From a virus (Duplodnaviria > Caudoviricetes), in IMG/VR virus record IMGVR_UViG_3300028906_000001, positions 7,716 to 71,715 of that record: a DNA stretch of 64,000 nt. One strand, given 5' to 3'. The notes under the pieces are model-generated. The model was not told the origin of the DNA, searched no databases, and was given only the letters and a program-made list of their open reading frames with translations. A program made the translations under genes and the position numbers. Position 1 is the stretch's first letter. The number at the start of each line of letters is the position of its first letter. Below, in pieces: positions 35,104-45,937 of the stretch.

Positions 35104-38100
35104 CGGGAACGGTCCATCTTCTTCTCGCCCTCGCGCTGCCGCCTGCGTCCCTTCGCGCCGCAGGCGTGGCTCATCTGCGCCGGGGGCGTGCCGCCGACCC
35201 GCTTGCCGCGCCTGCGTCGTCCGCGCTCCTCCGGCGGCAGGGACATGTCCACCAGGCGCCGTCCCCACGACCCGAAACCGCGCCGCTTCTTCCTGCCCAT
35301 CACGACCACCTCATATCGAACCGATCCCGTTTGAAAAGTCAGGGACAGCCGGGGCGCCGGTGAGCTTGTACCAGACGTGCGCCACCTCGGCCAGGCCGAC
35401 ATGCGACGAGACCGGGGCGACCACGATCACCCCGGCCCGGTCCGGGTACATCACCCAGCCGGCGTTGCGGGTCTCCAGCCACGTCGGCATCGTGCCCTCC
35501 CGCGCCGACACAGACACGTGCGCCCACGCGTGACCGTCCAGCTCGCGCGCCACCGAATGGAGGATCCGCAGGCCCCAGCGGCGGTGATCCCACATGCCCA
35601 GGCCGTCCAGGTTCTGCTGGCGCAGCACCCAGCCCTCGGCCTCCAGCCGGCGCACCTGGCCGGGCCGGTCGCGCTCTTTCAGCGCGGCGCACCCGGCGTC
35701 GTGGTGCGAGGCCAGCCACGCCTGCACCTCCGGCGCGCCGGCCTTATCGTTCAGCTTCGCCATGGCAGCGCGGTGCTCCTGGCGCAGCTCGCGGCGCTTG
35801 CGCTTGGCCCTGGCCTGCGTGCCCATCAGCGCGCGCCTTCCATGTCCGCCCGGCCGGCCAGGTACTCGGTGACCGCCTCGCGGAGCACCCCGGACCGGTT
35901 GCCGTCGAAGTCCCGCTCGGCGAGGTAGTCCACGGCCGCCAGGTCCTCGGCGGGGAGACTGAAATACACCTGCGGCATCAGCTGAACCCTTCGATGAACT
36001 CGCGCAGCCGGCCCGGCCGATTGAACTCGCCGGACATCGCGAGCATCCCCATCAGCTCGACGCCGGAATGGCCGGCCGTCTCCGGGTGCTTGCCCAGGTC
36101 CGATGTGAGTGATGACATGGCATAGGCGACCTCGCCCCGGTCGGCGTACTCCAGGGCGCGCTGCTTGGCCCACGCCAGGTGCTCGTCTCGGGTCATCGCA
36201 ACCTCCTCAGTCGTGGCCGCACGGCAGGCCGGCCGGGGACAGGTACGCATGGCACGCGGCGGACTGCTCGCGGTGCCCGGCCAGCCACACGGCGACCGCC
36301 TCGTACAGCGCCGGGTCCGGGGGCCTGCCCTCCGACAGCGCCGCGTTGATCTTCCGCATCGGGCCGCTGCGCGCCGCCACCGGCTCGCGGTAGTCGGCGC
36401 ACGCGACCGCGCCGTCAGGCAGGCGGATGACCACGTGCATGGGCATCAGAACAGCGCCTCCTGGCCCTGGATCGGCTGCCTGTCCAGCTCGATCCGCCGG
36501 GTCAGCTCGGCTTCGGCGTCCCTGTGCGCGGCGTACAGCGGTCCGCCGTCGGCGCACATGCCGGCCGGCCTCCGGGCCCGCTGCGCGGTGACGCACGCCG
36601 GGCAGGCGCCCCGGTGGGCGTGCCAGCGCAGGCCTGCGTGCATGGCCTCGGCCCGGGCCCGCGTCGTCTCGATGCTCACCGCGCGCCTCCCGGCACCGGG
36701 CGCAGGACCGGGCGCGGCCGCAGGGACTCCCGCAGCTTCGCGACGACGGCGGCCAGCAGCGCGCGGGACTTCGCGCCGGCCAGCTTCGGGGCGCGCCTGC
36801 GGCGGCGGCGGGACAGCCACCACATGACCGCCGCGAGCATGACCTGAGCGATGCCGGCCGCCGCCATCAGCAGGTCCCCGAACACGGTGCCGTCGATCAC
36901 GACGGTGAGGCCTGCGCCGAGCCACCAGCCCCAGAGGGTCACGTCCGTCGCCGGCCCCCAGCCGGAGCGCCGGAGCACGGGGCGGAAAACCAGCGCCCAG
37001 ACCGGAGGCCAGGCGAGCGCGTACACCAGGTCCGGGATGTCAGGCCGCATGAGACCGCTCCTCCGCCGGCTGCCGGTCGGTGACCGTCACGGTCTTCCGG
37101 CCGGATCTCTCACGCCGGACGGCGACGACGGCCGCGCAGTAGTGCGGCAGGAATTCCCCGCACCGCCCGCAGGTGTCTCGCGGGACGCTAGGCCGCACGG
37201 TCCCTCCGCCCCCCGCCTTCGACGCGGCCCGGTCCGCGTCGGCCATCAGCGCGCGGGCCACGGCCGCCTCCGACCGGCACGGCGGCCGGTGGCCCTCCGG
37301 GCGGCCGCACACCGGCGGGTTACCCGGGTCGCCCGGCCAGCCGGCGCGCTCGTAGCGGCCGTCCAGGGCCAGGACCCGGCCGCAGCGGGGCGCCAGCGTC
37401 CGGGGCGGTCCCGTGTCGGGGGTCCAGCCCTGCCACGCCTTGCGCCAGACCGGTATCCGGTACGCGCGGCGGCTGCCGGAACCGGACTCCGGCCGCACGC
37501 CGGGGTCCGGCTCGTAGCCGGGCATCCCCGGCACGCCCCTCACGAGAACCCCCGCCCGATGTCCGTCACCGGGCGGCCCTCATGCACGGGCGGCGGCTCC
37601 TCCGGGTCGGCAGCAGCCCCGCGAGCACCTGCATGTCGCGTTCCAGCTCGCACTGGCGGGCGCGCTCCATCGCGGCCAGTTCCCACTCGGCCGGCTCGCG
37701 GCCGTTCAGCAGCACCTTGCCCATCCGGTCACGCTCCCGTCGCGTTGATGATGTCGGCCTGTTCCTCGGCGTAGCCCAGTGGGCGACGAGCGGGCCGCTC
37801 GTCGCTGAAATCGTCGTCGCACATCGTCGTGTGATTGATCCCGTCGCACCACGGGCGGCCGTTGACATAGTGGACGTGCCCGGCAAGCTCTGGTCGCTGG
37901 CGCACGAGTGCCCGGCTGAGCGCATCGCCGCTGTCGCCCCGTCGCCCCCGCTTGCTCATGGCGTGGCCGTCCGGGCGATGTGCAGGGCCAGCACCACGAC
38001 CCCGGCGGCGATGACGGCCAGCGCGGCCAGCGCCACCAGAACAGCCGCGGCCCGGGCGCTCACAGGTCTGCCCACCTTCCCGGCTCCGGGCATCCGGCCA

Positions 38101-38810
38101 TCCCGGCGCACGGCCAGCCGGACGCATGTACCCACCGGCGCTCCTGGAGGTTCCAGTAGCTGTCCATGCGGTGTGCCAGGCAGACAGCCATCGTGCAGTA
38201 GCTCACGCCGCACCGCCGCGGTTGTTCGCCTGCGCGCTGCGGTACTGGGCGAGGCTCGACCGGCGCCTGCCGGACGCGACCGCGCGGATATCCAGGACCG
38301 TCTCGCCGACGAAATACGACGTGTCCGGCGTCCAGCCCGGGCACTGACCGCAGTAGCAGCGGAACGGCGCGCAGTACCGGGCGGCGTCCGGCTCCGGCTG
38401 CCCGGCGCGAGCGGCGGGGGTGTGCTCCGCGCAGCGCCAGCCCTCAGCGTAGGGACGGGCGTCAGCCGAGCCGCAGTAGCAGCAGCGGGCGTTCACGGCG
38501 CGGTCTCGCCGGCGTAGTAGCCGAGCAGCTTGCGGGCTTTCGCCGCGCCGCGTTTCTCCGTCCCCGGCGGCGGCACCGTGTGCCTGAACACGTCCGCGGC
38601 GGCCCGTTTCAGGTCCCACGGGGAGCCGTCCGGGTCTCGTATCAGCCGCACCGTCTCGGCCAGCGTGCGGTCCCACGTCCACCCGGCGGACTTCGCGGCG
38701 AGGATGGCGCCGGCGAGGACGTCGTGATCCCAGGCGGGGCGGCAGGCGCGGGCCAGGGCCACGAGCTCGTCCGGGGCGGCCTGGATGTCGGGTACCGGGT
38801 CGGTGCTCAC
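35100..38810 (-). CDS. Run of small coupled early ORFs: 35100..35300 (basic), 35311..35826, 35826..35978 (RHH-like), 35978..36196, 36207..36446, 36446..36679, 36676..37050 (membrane), 37040..37543, 37566..37724, 37729..37959, 38493..38810 and others
   Basis: Head-to-tail ATGA/GTGA overlaps on the minus strand. Individual functions unknown. Confidence 0.6.
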
Positions 38811-38812
38811 GG

Positions 38813-39718
38813 TCAGTGCACCGCCGCCGGGCCGGCCAGCGTCAGCCACGCGCCGAACCCGGCCGCCAGCACCGCCAGGAAGGCGACCGCGAGCAGGATG
38901 CGGACCACCCACGGGCTGCGCTGCACTGCCCTGGTCCGGTGATCCAGCAGCCAGCGCACGCGGATACGGTGGGCCGGCGTGCCGATGACATGCGTGCCGC
39001 GCAGCCTGTTCAGCCCGGACTCGTCACGGATCTTGCTGGCCGACCGCTCTGCGAAGAACCACTGGATATCGTCGGCTACCCGGCGCACGACCGGCTTGGC
39101 GGCAAGGCCGCCGAGGATGCCCATGAGCACCGTGATCCACGTCCCGGCCGCGATGAAGCCGTTGACCTCGCTGGCCAGCGCGCCGTAGGCCGCCGGGACC
39201 TGCCAGCCGTGCCGGGTGAGCCACGGCAGCTTCCAGGCGAGCACGCCGACGAGCGCGATCGGGACCAGGGCCGCCGCGAGAGCGGCCGGCAGCGTGATCA
39301 GGTACCGGCCCAGGCTCACCTGGTCGGTGGCCGGGTACTTCGGCTTGCTGAACATCAGCGTCACGATGATCGTGGCCACCAGGGCGATGCCCACGTCCCG
39401 GATGTCGTGCCGCCAGGTCACCCACCAGGCCGGCGCGGCCTGGTCCGCCCAGTGGTACCCGAGCGCGTTGGAGACGTGCACCGGCAGGCGGTCCCACCAG
39501 TCCTTGAGGTACCAGACGGTCCACAGGTTCCTGCCGTAGCCCACGGCGTAGCGGACCTGCCAGGTCAGGAAGTACCAGCTGTTGCCGGCCCACTTGACCA
39601 GGTGGGAGATGACGACGCCCCAGATGACGGACTCCAGGCCCAGCCAGGAGATCAGGCTGATCCTAGGGATGTCCAGCGCCTTGACCCGGGACTGCCCCTG
39701 CGGGCGGACGGCGGTCAC
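38813..39718 (-). CDS. Multi-pass membrane protein
   Basis: About 5 hydrophobic helices, Trp-rich loop. Confidence 0.75.
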   Translation of the reverse strand: MTAVRPQGQSRVKALDIPRISLISWLGLESVIWGVVISHLVKWAGNSWYFLTWQVRYAVGYGRNLWTVWYLKDWWDRLPVHVSNALGYHWADQAAPAWWVTWRHDIRDVGIALVATIIVTLMFSKPKYPATDQVSLGRYLITLPAALAAALVPIALVGVLAWKLPWLTRHGWQVPAAYGALASEVNGFIAAGTWITVLMGILGGLAAKPVVRRVADDIQWFFAERSASKIRDESGLNRLRGTHVIGTPAHRIRVRWLLDHRTRAVQRSPWVVRILLAVAFLAVLAAGFGAWLTLAGPAAVH

Positions 39719-40158
39719 GACGACGCCGCCGACGGGCTCTGCGACGCGGAGGCGGTCCCGGCCGGGCCGAGCGCGTACACGACGACCTCCTGCGCCCAGG
39801 CATCGCGCGCCGAGCCGGGGCCCTTGGTGGTCAGGACGGCCGGGGTGAACCGATTCACCGCGTACGCCTCGATCCGGGCGGTGTCGCCCTGCGGGAACGT
39901 GGCCTGGACCGCGGCTTGCACCGACCTGACCGGGTGCGCCGGGCTGAGGTGGGTTTTCAGGTTGGCCAGCAGCTCGTTTTCGAGAGCGGCCAGGTCGGCG
40001 CTGACGGACGGGTTGGCCAGCGCGGAGCTGGCCGCCGCCGCCGCGGAGCTGTGCGCGGCGCTGCTGTCGCCCCCGGTGCTGCCGCACGCCGCGAGGGCGG
40101 CGGCGAGCACGAGCAGGGCGGCGAGCGTGACGGGGGTCTTGGCTGAGATGGCGTTCAA
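39715..40158 (-). CDS. Lipoprotein
   Basis: Signal peptide with lipobox LAAC followed by a Ser/Ala linker. Confidence 0.75.
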   Translation of the reverse strand: MNAISAKTPVTLAALLVLAAALAACGSTGGDSSAAHSSAAAAASSALANPSVSADLAALENELLANLKTHLSPAHPVRSVQAAVQATFPQGDTARIEAYAVNRFTPAVLTTKGPGSARDAWAQEVVVYALGPAGTASASQSPSAASS

Positions 40159-40448
40159 AACGGGCAGGTCTCCTTCGGGTGGCCGCGGTGACCGCAGCGG
40201 GTGCACAGCGGGGCGCGCTTGCCGACCGCGCCGGGCCTGCGCTGCGGTGCCCGGTGGTCGGTGATGGCCAGGTGCTTCTGGTAGATGACCGCGGCGTCGG
40301 AGGCGACGTACGCGGGGCACGGGCCGCCGAGCGCGAACAGGACCGCGATGGATTCCTCGTCTTCGCCGACCTTGTGCTGGTGGGCCCGCTCGGGCTGGCC
40401 GCACCGGCCGCAGGCGGCGATGGCATCGCGTTTCGCGGCGTCCATCAC
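40155..40448 (-). CDS. Small Zn-finger protein
   Basis: CGRC..H, CTRC.H.GH...CP. Confidence 0.55.
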   Translation of the reverse strand: MMDAAKRDAIAACGRCGQPERAHQHKVGEDEESIAVLFALGGPCPAYVASDAAVIYQKHLAITDHRAPQRRPGAVGKRAPLCTRCGHRGHPKETCPF

Positions 40449-40590
40449 CGGGATTCCTCCTGCGGCCAGTCCTCGGGCATCTCGCCGTCCTGCTCATGAC
40501 CACGCACGGGACCGGCCCGCGCGGCCAGCCAGCGGCGCAGGGCCGGAGGGTCGCCGGGGAGCGCGGTCCAGCGCGGAAGCGCGGGCGTGC

Positions 40591-41112
40591 TCATGCGGCC
40601 GGCTCTCCTTCGGACGGCCCGGCGGACGCGCCGCGCCGGGCGCGGGATTCGGCGGCCTGCCTGCGGGCGGTCTCCTCCGGGCTCAGCAGGCGCTCCGGCG
40701 GCGGGAGGGCCGTGCCGAGCTGCTGGCGGAGGTCGTCGAGATCCGGCGGCGTCTCGCTCGGCAGCCGGCCGATGGCGAGGTGAGGCTGCTTGCCGTCCGC
40801 GATCTGCCTGACCTTCGCCTGGAGCGCGGCCTTGTAGCGGCCCGGCTCGTCGGTCAGTTCCGGTGGCGGCGCCGGGACGATCTCGCGGGCCAGCCGCTCG
40901 CGGCGCATGGCCTTGACGCGGGTCCGGATATGACCCGGCATAATCCGCTCGGTGCTCTCGCTGCCGTAATGGGCGGCGACGGCGGCCCTCGCGTCCGGAT
41001 ACGGAAGATCGCCGATGGCTTCCAGCCACGCAACGACGTCCGGGTCGCCGACCTTGCGGTTGTCGTAGAGGGCCGCGAAGGCGAGCAGCTCGCCGGTCTC
41101 GGCTGCGTTCAC
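40591..41112 (-). CDS. Replication accessory protein (helicase loader/inhibitor-like)
   Basis: LL...A.YDNRKV...V.AW...I.DL.Y.DA..AV..HY...IMPGHI. Coupled downstream of the initiator. Confidence 0.65.
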   Translation of the reverse strand: MNAAETGELLAFAALYDNRKVGDPDVVAWLEAIGDLPYPDARAAVAAHYGSESTERIMPGHIRTRVKAMRRERLAREIVPAPPPELTDEPGRYKAALQAKVRQIADGKQPHLAIGRLPSETPPDLDDLRQQLGTALPPPERLLSPEETARRQAAESRARRGASAGPSEGEPAA

Positions 41113-42026
41113 GATGCGTTCCTTCCGTCGATCATTGCCTGGACGCGGCGGCCGGCGTCGATAGCCGCCTGTGCGCGCTCAGCCCCGGTCGATTGCGACT
41201 GCCGCGGCGAGGCGCGTCCGCCCCCGTTCTGCGCTGCGCGATCACGTGCGGCGGCGTTCATGGCGGCGTTAACGAAGTCATCGAGGAGCGAGACGTTCTT
41301 CCCGGCTACGAACCAGTCGGCGAGGCCCTGGCGGATGTGCTTGTCGGGCTTTCTCTCGCCGACGAGTTTGCCGATCTGGGCGGCGAGCCTGCCGATCGTC
41401 CGCTCGGTCAGGTCGCCCCCGTTACCGCGTACCCAGTCGATGAAGTCGGCGAGGATGGTCTGCGGTGTCGGCACGGGCGCGTCAGCGACCGCAAGGTCTT
41501 CTGAGGGTTGTACTTCTGAGGGGATACTGAGGGGTAGCGAGACTGTTTCCGCAGGCAGCGGCGACGGGTCCGCACCCTTTATGGCCGATTCCGCACCCTT
41601 TCTCTCCGATTCCGCACCCTTTACCTCGGGTTTAGGGTGCGTTCTAGGCGCACCCTTTACCTCTGTTCCGGGTAGCGAGACTGTTTCCGCAGGCAGCGGC
41701 GACGGGTCCGCACCCTTTATGGCCGGTTTAGGGTGCGTGCTGGGCGCACCCTTTACAGGGGCATTCAGAGGCATCAGGATGAACCGCGCCGGACCGCTGC
41801 GATTGCCGCCGCCGTCCCGCTTCAGGACTCCCTCGGTGACGAGTTCGTCGGCGATGTGCGAGACGCGGCTAGGCGAGCGGCCGGTGCGATGCGAGAGGAC
41901 ATCGCGCGTCGGCCAGCCGGCCCGGGTCCCGTCGTTCGCCTTCTCGGCCCATGCGAGCAGCCACAGCTTGCGGGTGTCAGGCCCGCGGTAGTGGTCGAGC
42001 ACTTCGCAGACGAGCCTGATACCCAT
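41109..42026 (-). CDS. Phage replication initiator (N-terminal HTH, lambda O-like) with internal ori
   Basis: KLWLLAWAEKAND...WP.RDVLS.RTG...L...GVL. Internal KGA repeats. Confidence 0.8.
   Translation of the reverse strand: MGIRLVCEVLDHYRGPDTRKLWLLAWAEKANDGTRAGWPTRDVLSHRTGRSPSRVSHIADELVTEGVLKRDGGGNRSGPARFILMPLNAPVKGAPSTHPKPAIKGADPSPLPAETVSLPGTEVKGAPRTHPKPEVKGAESERKGAESAIKGADPSPLPAETVSLPLSIPSEVQPSEDLAVADAPVPTPQTILADFIDWVRGNGGDLTERTIGRLAAQIGKLVGERKPDKHIRQGLADWFVAGKNVSLLDDFVNAAMNAAARDRAAQNGGGRASPRQSQSTGAERAQAAIDAGRRVQAMIDGRNAS
41532..41754. repeat. Iteron cluster / putative origin of replication
   Basis: CGCACCCTTT at 41571, 41592, 41613, 41649, 41709 and 41745. 56-bp perfect duplication at 41532-41587 / 41670-41725. 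Confidence 0.8.
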
Positions 42027-42133
42027 AACGTCGCCCCGCCAGCCTGCGCGAGGCGCGCGCCATGACGAGACCGCGAACGAGTCCAGACGCAGCCCATGAC
42101 GCTGATGGCCACTCAGGAGGCCTGCCCTTCCGC

Positions 42134-43858
42134 TCATGACTCCTGACATGCAGTTCGCCGACCACCCGGATAGCGGCCTTCCGGCCGCCCGGTACACCAC
42201 CCGTGGAATCCGGCCTGGGCCGCGCTGAGCTCAGCCCTGGCTCCCGCCGGAGGTCCGGCGCCGCTCACCACAGCACCGCCCCGGACCAGGCCAGCACCAC
42301 CGCGGCCAGCCCCGCGGCGACGGCGGCCAGGATGGCCCACGACGCCCGCGAGCAGCCAGGCGAGCAGCCACAGGCAGACGGCGAGGAGCGGCCAGGTCAC
42401 GTCCGGCTCCCCTCGGCGGCGTGTTTCCAGCCGCGGCAGATGCCGATGAAGGCCCGCATCTCGCCTTCGCTGAGCGGTTCCCCGTCGTCCGGCCGCCCGG
42501 GGATCCGCCGCATGACCCGGGCGGCCGCACAGCGGGCATGGCGGAGCGGGTGCCGGGCGGTGCGCGCGAGCAGGACGGCGGCGATGGCGAGGAGCGTGAC
42601 GGCGACGGTCACCCGGACGGCGATGGCCCGCCGCAGGTGCGCGGTCACGGCGTGACGTCCTGTCCGTCGCGGCCCAGGTACCACCCGGCCTGCCAGCACG
42701 CGGACACGAGGATCTGCGCGAGTTCCTCGACCCGGTACGGGCTGAGCGTCACCGCCTCATCCGTGCCGAGGATCCGGTCCCAGGAGACCAGGTGCACGAG
42801 GCCTTGCGGCCCGGGCGCCTGCTCGGCGACGCGCACGCCGTCCGCGGTGACGCTCTCGACCTGGCCGCGATGTGGTTCGGTGACGCCGGCGTGCACCGGC
42901 CGGTAGGTGATCAGGTCCCCGGGGCGGAGCGTCCGCAGGGTCACCGTGTCGTAGGCGACGCCGACGATGACGACGCGGCCTTCGTCGTCTTCAACGCGGC
43001 CGATCTCGCGGACGTGCAGGCCGTCAGCCATGGATGACTCCTAGCCGCTCGCGCCACCTGGCGATCTGGACCTGGCCGACGCGGGCGCGGTGCCCGTCGC
43101 TGGTCTTGATAAAGCTGGACAGCATGTCGCAGGCCAGGGCCTTCAGGTGATCGATCGCGGCGCGCTGCCCGGCGACGTGCGCTATGTGCTGGGCCTCGGT
43201 CTGCCACCAGATGCGGGCATCGGCGTCCCAGTGGCTGGCGGCAGGGTCGTCGTCGTGCGGCCACAGGTTGCAGGCCAGGTCCGCCCAGTCGTTCGCGACG
43301 GATCCTTTGCAGCCGGATGAAACGTGCTGACGGTCAGCCATCACACATCACCCGGTGCCCGGCGGCGCTCGTCAGGTACCCGCACGCCCGGCACCGCGTG
43401 GCCGCCGTAACGGGGGGGGGCGCGGCCAGCGGGACCGGCTCAGGCGGCGCGTTGAGCGTGTCCTGCGCCGCGTGGTACCGGTCGCGCGCCGACTCCAGGT
43501 CGGCCAGCTCCCCGTCGTCCGGCACCAGCGCGAGCGAGAGCGGCGGCGCGGGGGGCGGCACCCGGACCGGGGGCGTGGTCGCGGCAGGCGTCAGGCCGCG
43601 CAGGTCGTCCGCGTCCTCGGCGGCCCGTTCCCGGTACCACTCGGGAGACGGGCCGATGTCCGGCGCGTTCTCCTCGTGGTACGCGATCCGGCGCCGCACT
43701 TCCTCCAGGTAGCCGGTGACCCCGCGGTAGGCGTCCTCGCCGCCGCCCTTGTAGACGTACGGCTTGAACGGCCGGGCATCGCTGGCGCGGGCCATCGCGG
43801 ACCGGCCGTCCTGCGGCCTGTCGGCCCAGCGTGCCGGGATGCCGGCGTCAGTCATCGC
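42134..43858 (-). CDS. Small early ORFs (42134..42400 region, 42397..~42590, 42645..43031, 43024..43344, 43334..~43858)
   Basis: Coupled minus-strand ORFs of unknown function. Confidence 0.5.
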
Positions 43859-45050
43859 CGCCGCCGTCCTGCTCGCGCTCAGCCATGAACGCGATGAGCT
43901 TCTCGCGGTCGCCGCCGAACCCGTCGAGGGCATCGATCAGCTTGCGCGCCCCGGTGAAGGACAGGTTCTTGGTGGACCGGCCGCGCACGGGCCCGGTGAG
44001 CGGCGCGTGCCCGGTGATCGTCTCGGCGATCCGCAGCTTCTGCTCCCGGTCCTCGCTGCCGAACCCGAGGCCGCCGAGGATGATGTGCAGGCTGGTGAGC
44101 TGGTCCTCGCTGGCCGATCCGGGCTCGTTCTCGATGTCCGTCTCGGTCAGGTGGTGCTGGCCATCCTCATCAGGCGGCGGGTCCTGCGGCGCGGGCGGCT
44201 GCGCACCCCGAGACGGCGCGGCCCCGGCAGCCCTGGGGCGTGCTTTCCGCGCCGTGCGTTCACCAGTGCTCCCCTGCTGCGCCCTTCCATCGGGCTCGAC
44301 GCGGGGCTGGCTTCGAGTGTCATCCTGCGCCGCAGGAGCCTCGTCACGGCCGATGATCTCGCCGGGGGTGACCCGCCCCCGCGGTCGGCCGTCGTCGTCC
44401 GGCAGGGTGTCTTGCGGCATGGTGTCGTCGAGGTAGATGCCGCTGAAGTCCTGCGGGAACGCGCGCCTGTAGACGTCGGCCTCGGTGCACTTCTCCAGCA
44501 TGTGCGTGGGCTTTACGGCCCACTGGGCGATCGCCTTGTCATCCTTCATCTGGACGTACTCGTTGAACCGCAGGACGGAGGTGTAAGGCACCTCCCGGCC
44601 GCTGGCCTCGACGACGGTGTAGGTGACCTCGCAGGCGACGGGCGGGCGGGGCTGAACCCAGACCTTGTGCTCGTTGCCGTCGGGGTCGTAGTACACGAAG
44701 CGCGACAGGATGCCGCGGACGCCCGCGCGGCGTTCGGCGCGGTCGCGGATGACGCGCCATCCCTCGATGCCGGTCTGGATGGTCCACTTGACCGACCACG
44801 TGTCTACCCACTGGCCGTTGCGCTTCTCGCTCTTTTTCTCGTTGCGGCCGATCATGTAGATCTGCCGGGCGAACGGGTCGAGGCCGGTGCGCTGGCACTG
44901 GTGAAGGAAGACGGATTTGTCGCCGTCGCTGGCGTCCTTGATGCCGAGCTGCGTGAGCGCGGCGAGCTGCATCGGGTCCCATGAGATCTGGCCGGGCTGG
45001 ATCGCGAGGGCGGCGGCGGCGTGGTTAAGGTCGAGGGCGGTGCCGGTCAT
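43848..45050 (-). CDS. recT: RecT/Bet-family single-strand annealing protein
   Basis: FLHQCQRTGLDPFARQIY...IQTGIEGWRVI, W...P.HML.KC.EA...RRAFP..FSGIY. Confidence 0.88.
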   Translation of the reverse strand: MTGTALDLNHAAAALAIQPGQISWDPMQLAALTQLGIKDASDGDKSVFLHQCQRTGLDPFARQIYMIGRNEKKSEKRNGQWVDTWSVKWTIQTGIEGWRVIRDRAERRAGVRGILSRFVYYDPDGNEHKVWVQPRPPVACEVTYTVVEASGREVPYTSVLRFNEYVQMKDDKAIAQWAVKPTHMLEKCTEADVYRRAFPQDFSGIYLDDTMPQDTLPDDDGRPRGRVTPGEIIGRDEAPAAQDDTRSQPRVEPDGRAQQGSTGERTARKARPRAAGAAPSRGAQPPAPQDPPPDEDGQHHLTETDIENEPGSASEDQLTSLHIILGGLGFGSEDREQKLRIAETITGHAPLTGPVRGRSTKNLSFTGARKLIDALDGFGGDREKLIAFMAEREQDGGGDD

Positions 45051-45937
45051 GCGTATTCCTCAGAACGTGCCGCCCACGGGGGCAGCGTGATGTATGTGAT
45101 GCCGTCGTCGGCCTGCGCCTCATAGCCGGGCCAGATGCCGGTTTCGGTGCAGTCCCGCCAGATCTCGCAGGCGCGGCGGAGCCGGCCTCGGCCGGCCTGG
45201 ATCGCCTCGGGGTCCAGTTCGGCGATGTTGACGAGGTACGGCGGGTCTTTCATCTGGAACACGAGCAGGAACGCGGGATCGTCGTCGAGGCCGAGCGCGC
45301 GGGCCCCGTCGATGTACTGGGCGGCCTGCATGTAGTAGCCGAAGTTGGCCACGGCCTTGCGGATGGCCTCCGGGCTGGCGTCCGGGGTGGTCTTGTAGTC
45401 GGGGATGATCAGGCGCCGCCCGGCTTGCAGCCAGGGGAGCCAGTCGAGGCGTGCCCGCCGCCAGATCCCGAACTCGGCGTCCTGCCAGAACATGGACTGC
45501 TCGGCCTCGCCGCGGTCGCGCCTGAACAGCGGCCCGGCGATGGGGTGATGCTCGATCGCCCGGGCCATGTCCGCTATCTCGCTGAACTCGCCGATCAGCA
45601 ACGGGACAGCACCCTTGGCGCGTGCGTCCTTGCGTGCCTCCTGCGCCGCCTTAGTGCGCCAGTCGAGCGCGTCGACGATGGTGATCTCGGGGCCGGTGCC
45701 GAGCACGAACTTGTGCGCGGCGGTCCCGAAGTCGAACTCGGCCGACACCTTCGGGTGCTCGCGCCGGTAGCGGTACAGCGCGGGACATGATGGCGGCAGC
45801 AGCAGCTTGGCTCCCGACGCGGACAGCGAGCCGCCCGGTACCGGATCGGAGTGGTACTCGGCCTCGGGGATGCCGTCATACACGCCGGGCTCGTCGACCA
45901 TGATCCCGGCCTCGGGGATGTCCCGGGTCGCGGTCAC
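45047..45937 (-). CDS. RecE/ExoVIII-like PD-(D/E)XK exonuclease
   Basis: EYHSDP...SLSASGAKLL...P, FDFGTAAH, EQSMFW, RARLDW, DYKTT, YYMQAAQY. Confidence 0.88.
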   Translation of the reverse strand: MTATRDIPEAGIMVDEPGVYDGIPEAEYHSDPVPGGSLSASGAKLLLPPSCPALYRYRREHPKVSAEFDFGTAAHKFVLGTGPEITIVDALDWRTKAAQEARKDARAKGAVPLLIGEFSEIADMARAIEHHPIAGPLFRRDRGEAEQSMFWQDAEFGIWRRARLDWLPWLQAGRRLIIPDYKTTPDASPEAIRKAVANFGYYMQAAQYIDGARALGLDDDPAFLLVFQMKDPPYLVNIAELDPEAIQAGRGRLRRACEIWRDCTETGIWPGYEAQADDGITYITLPPWAARSEEYA

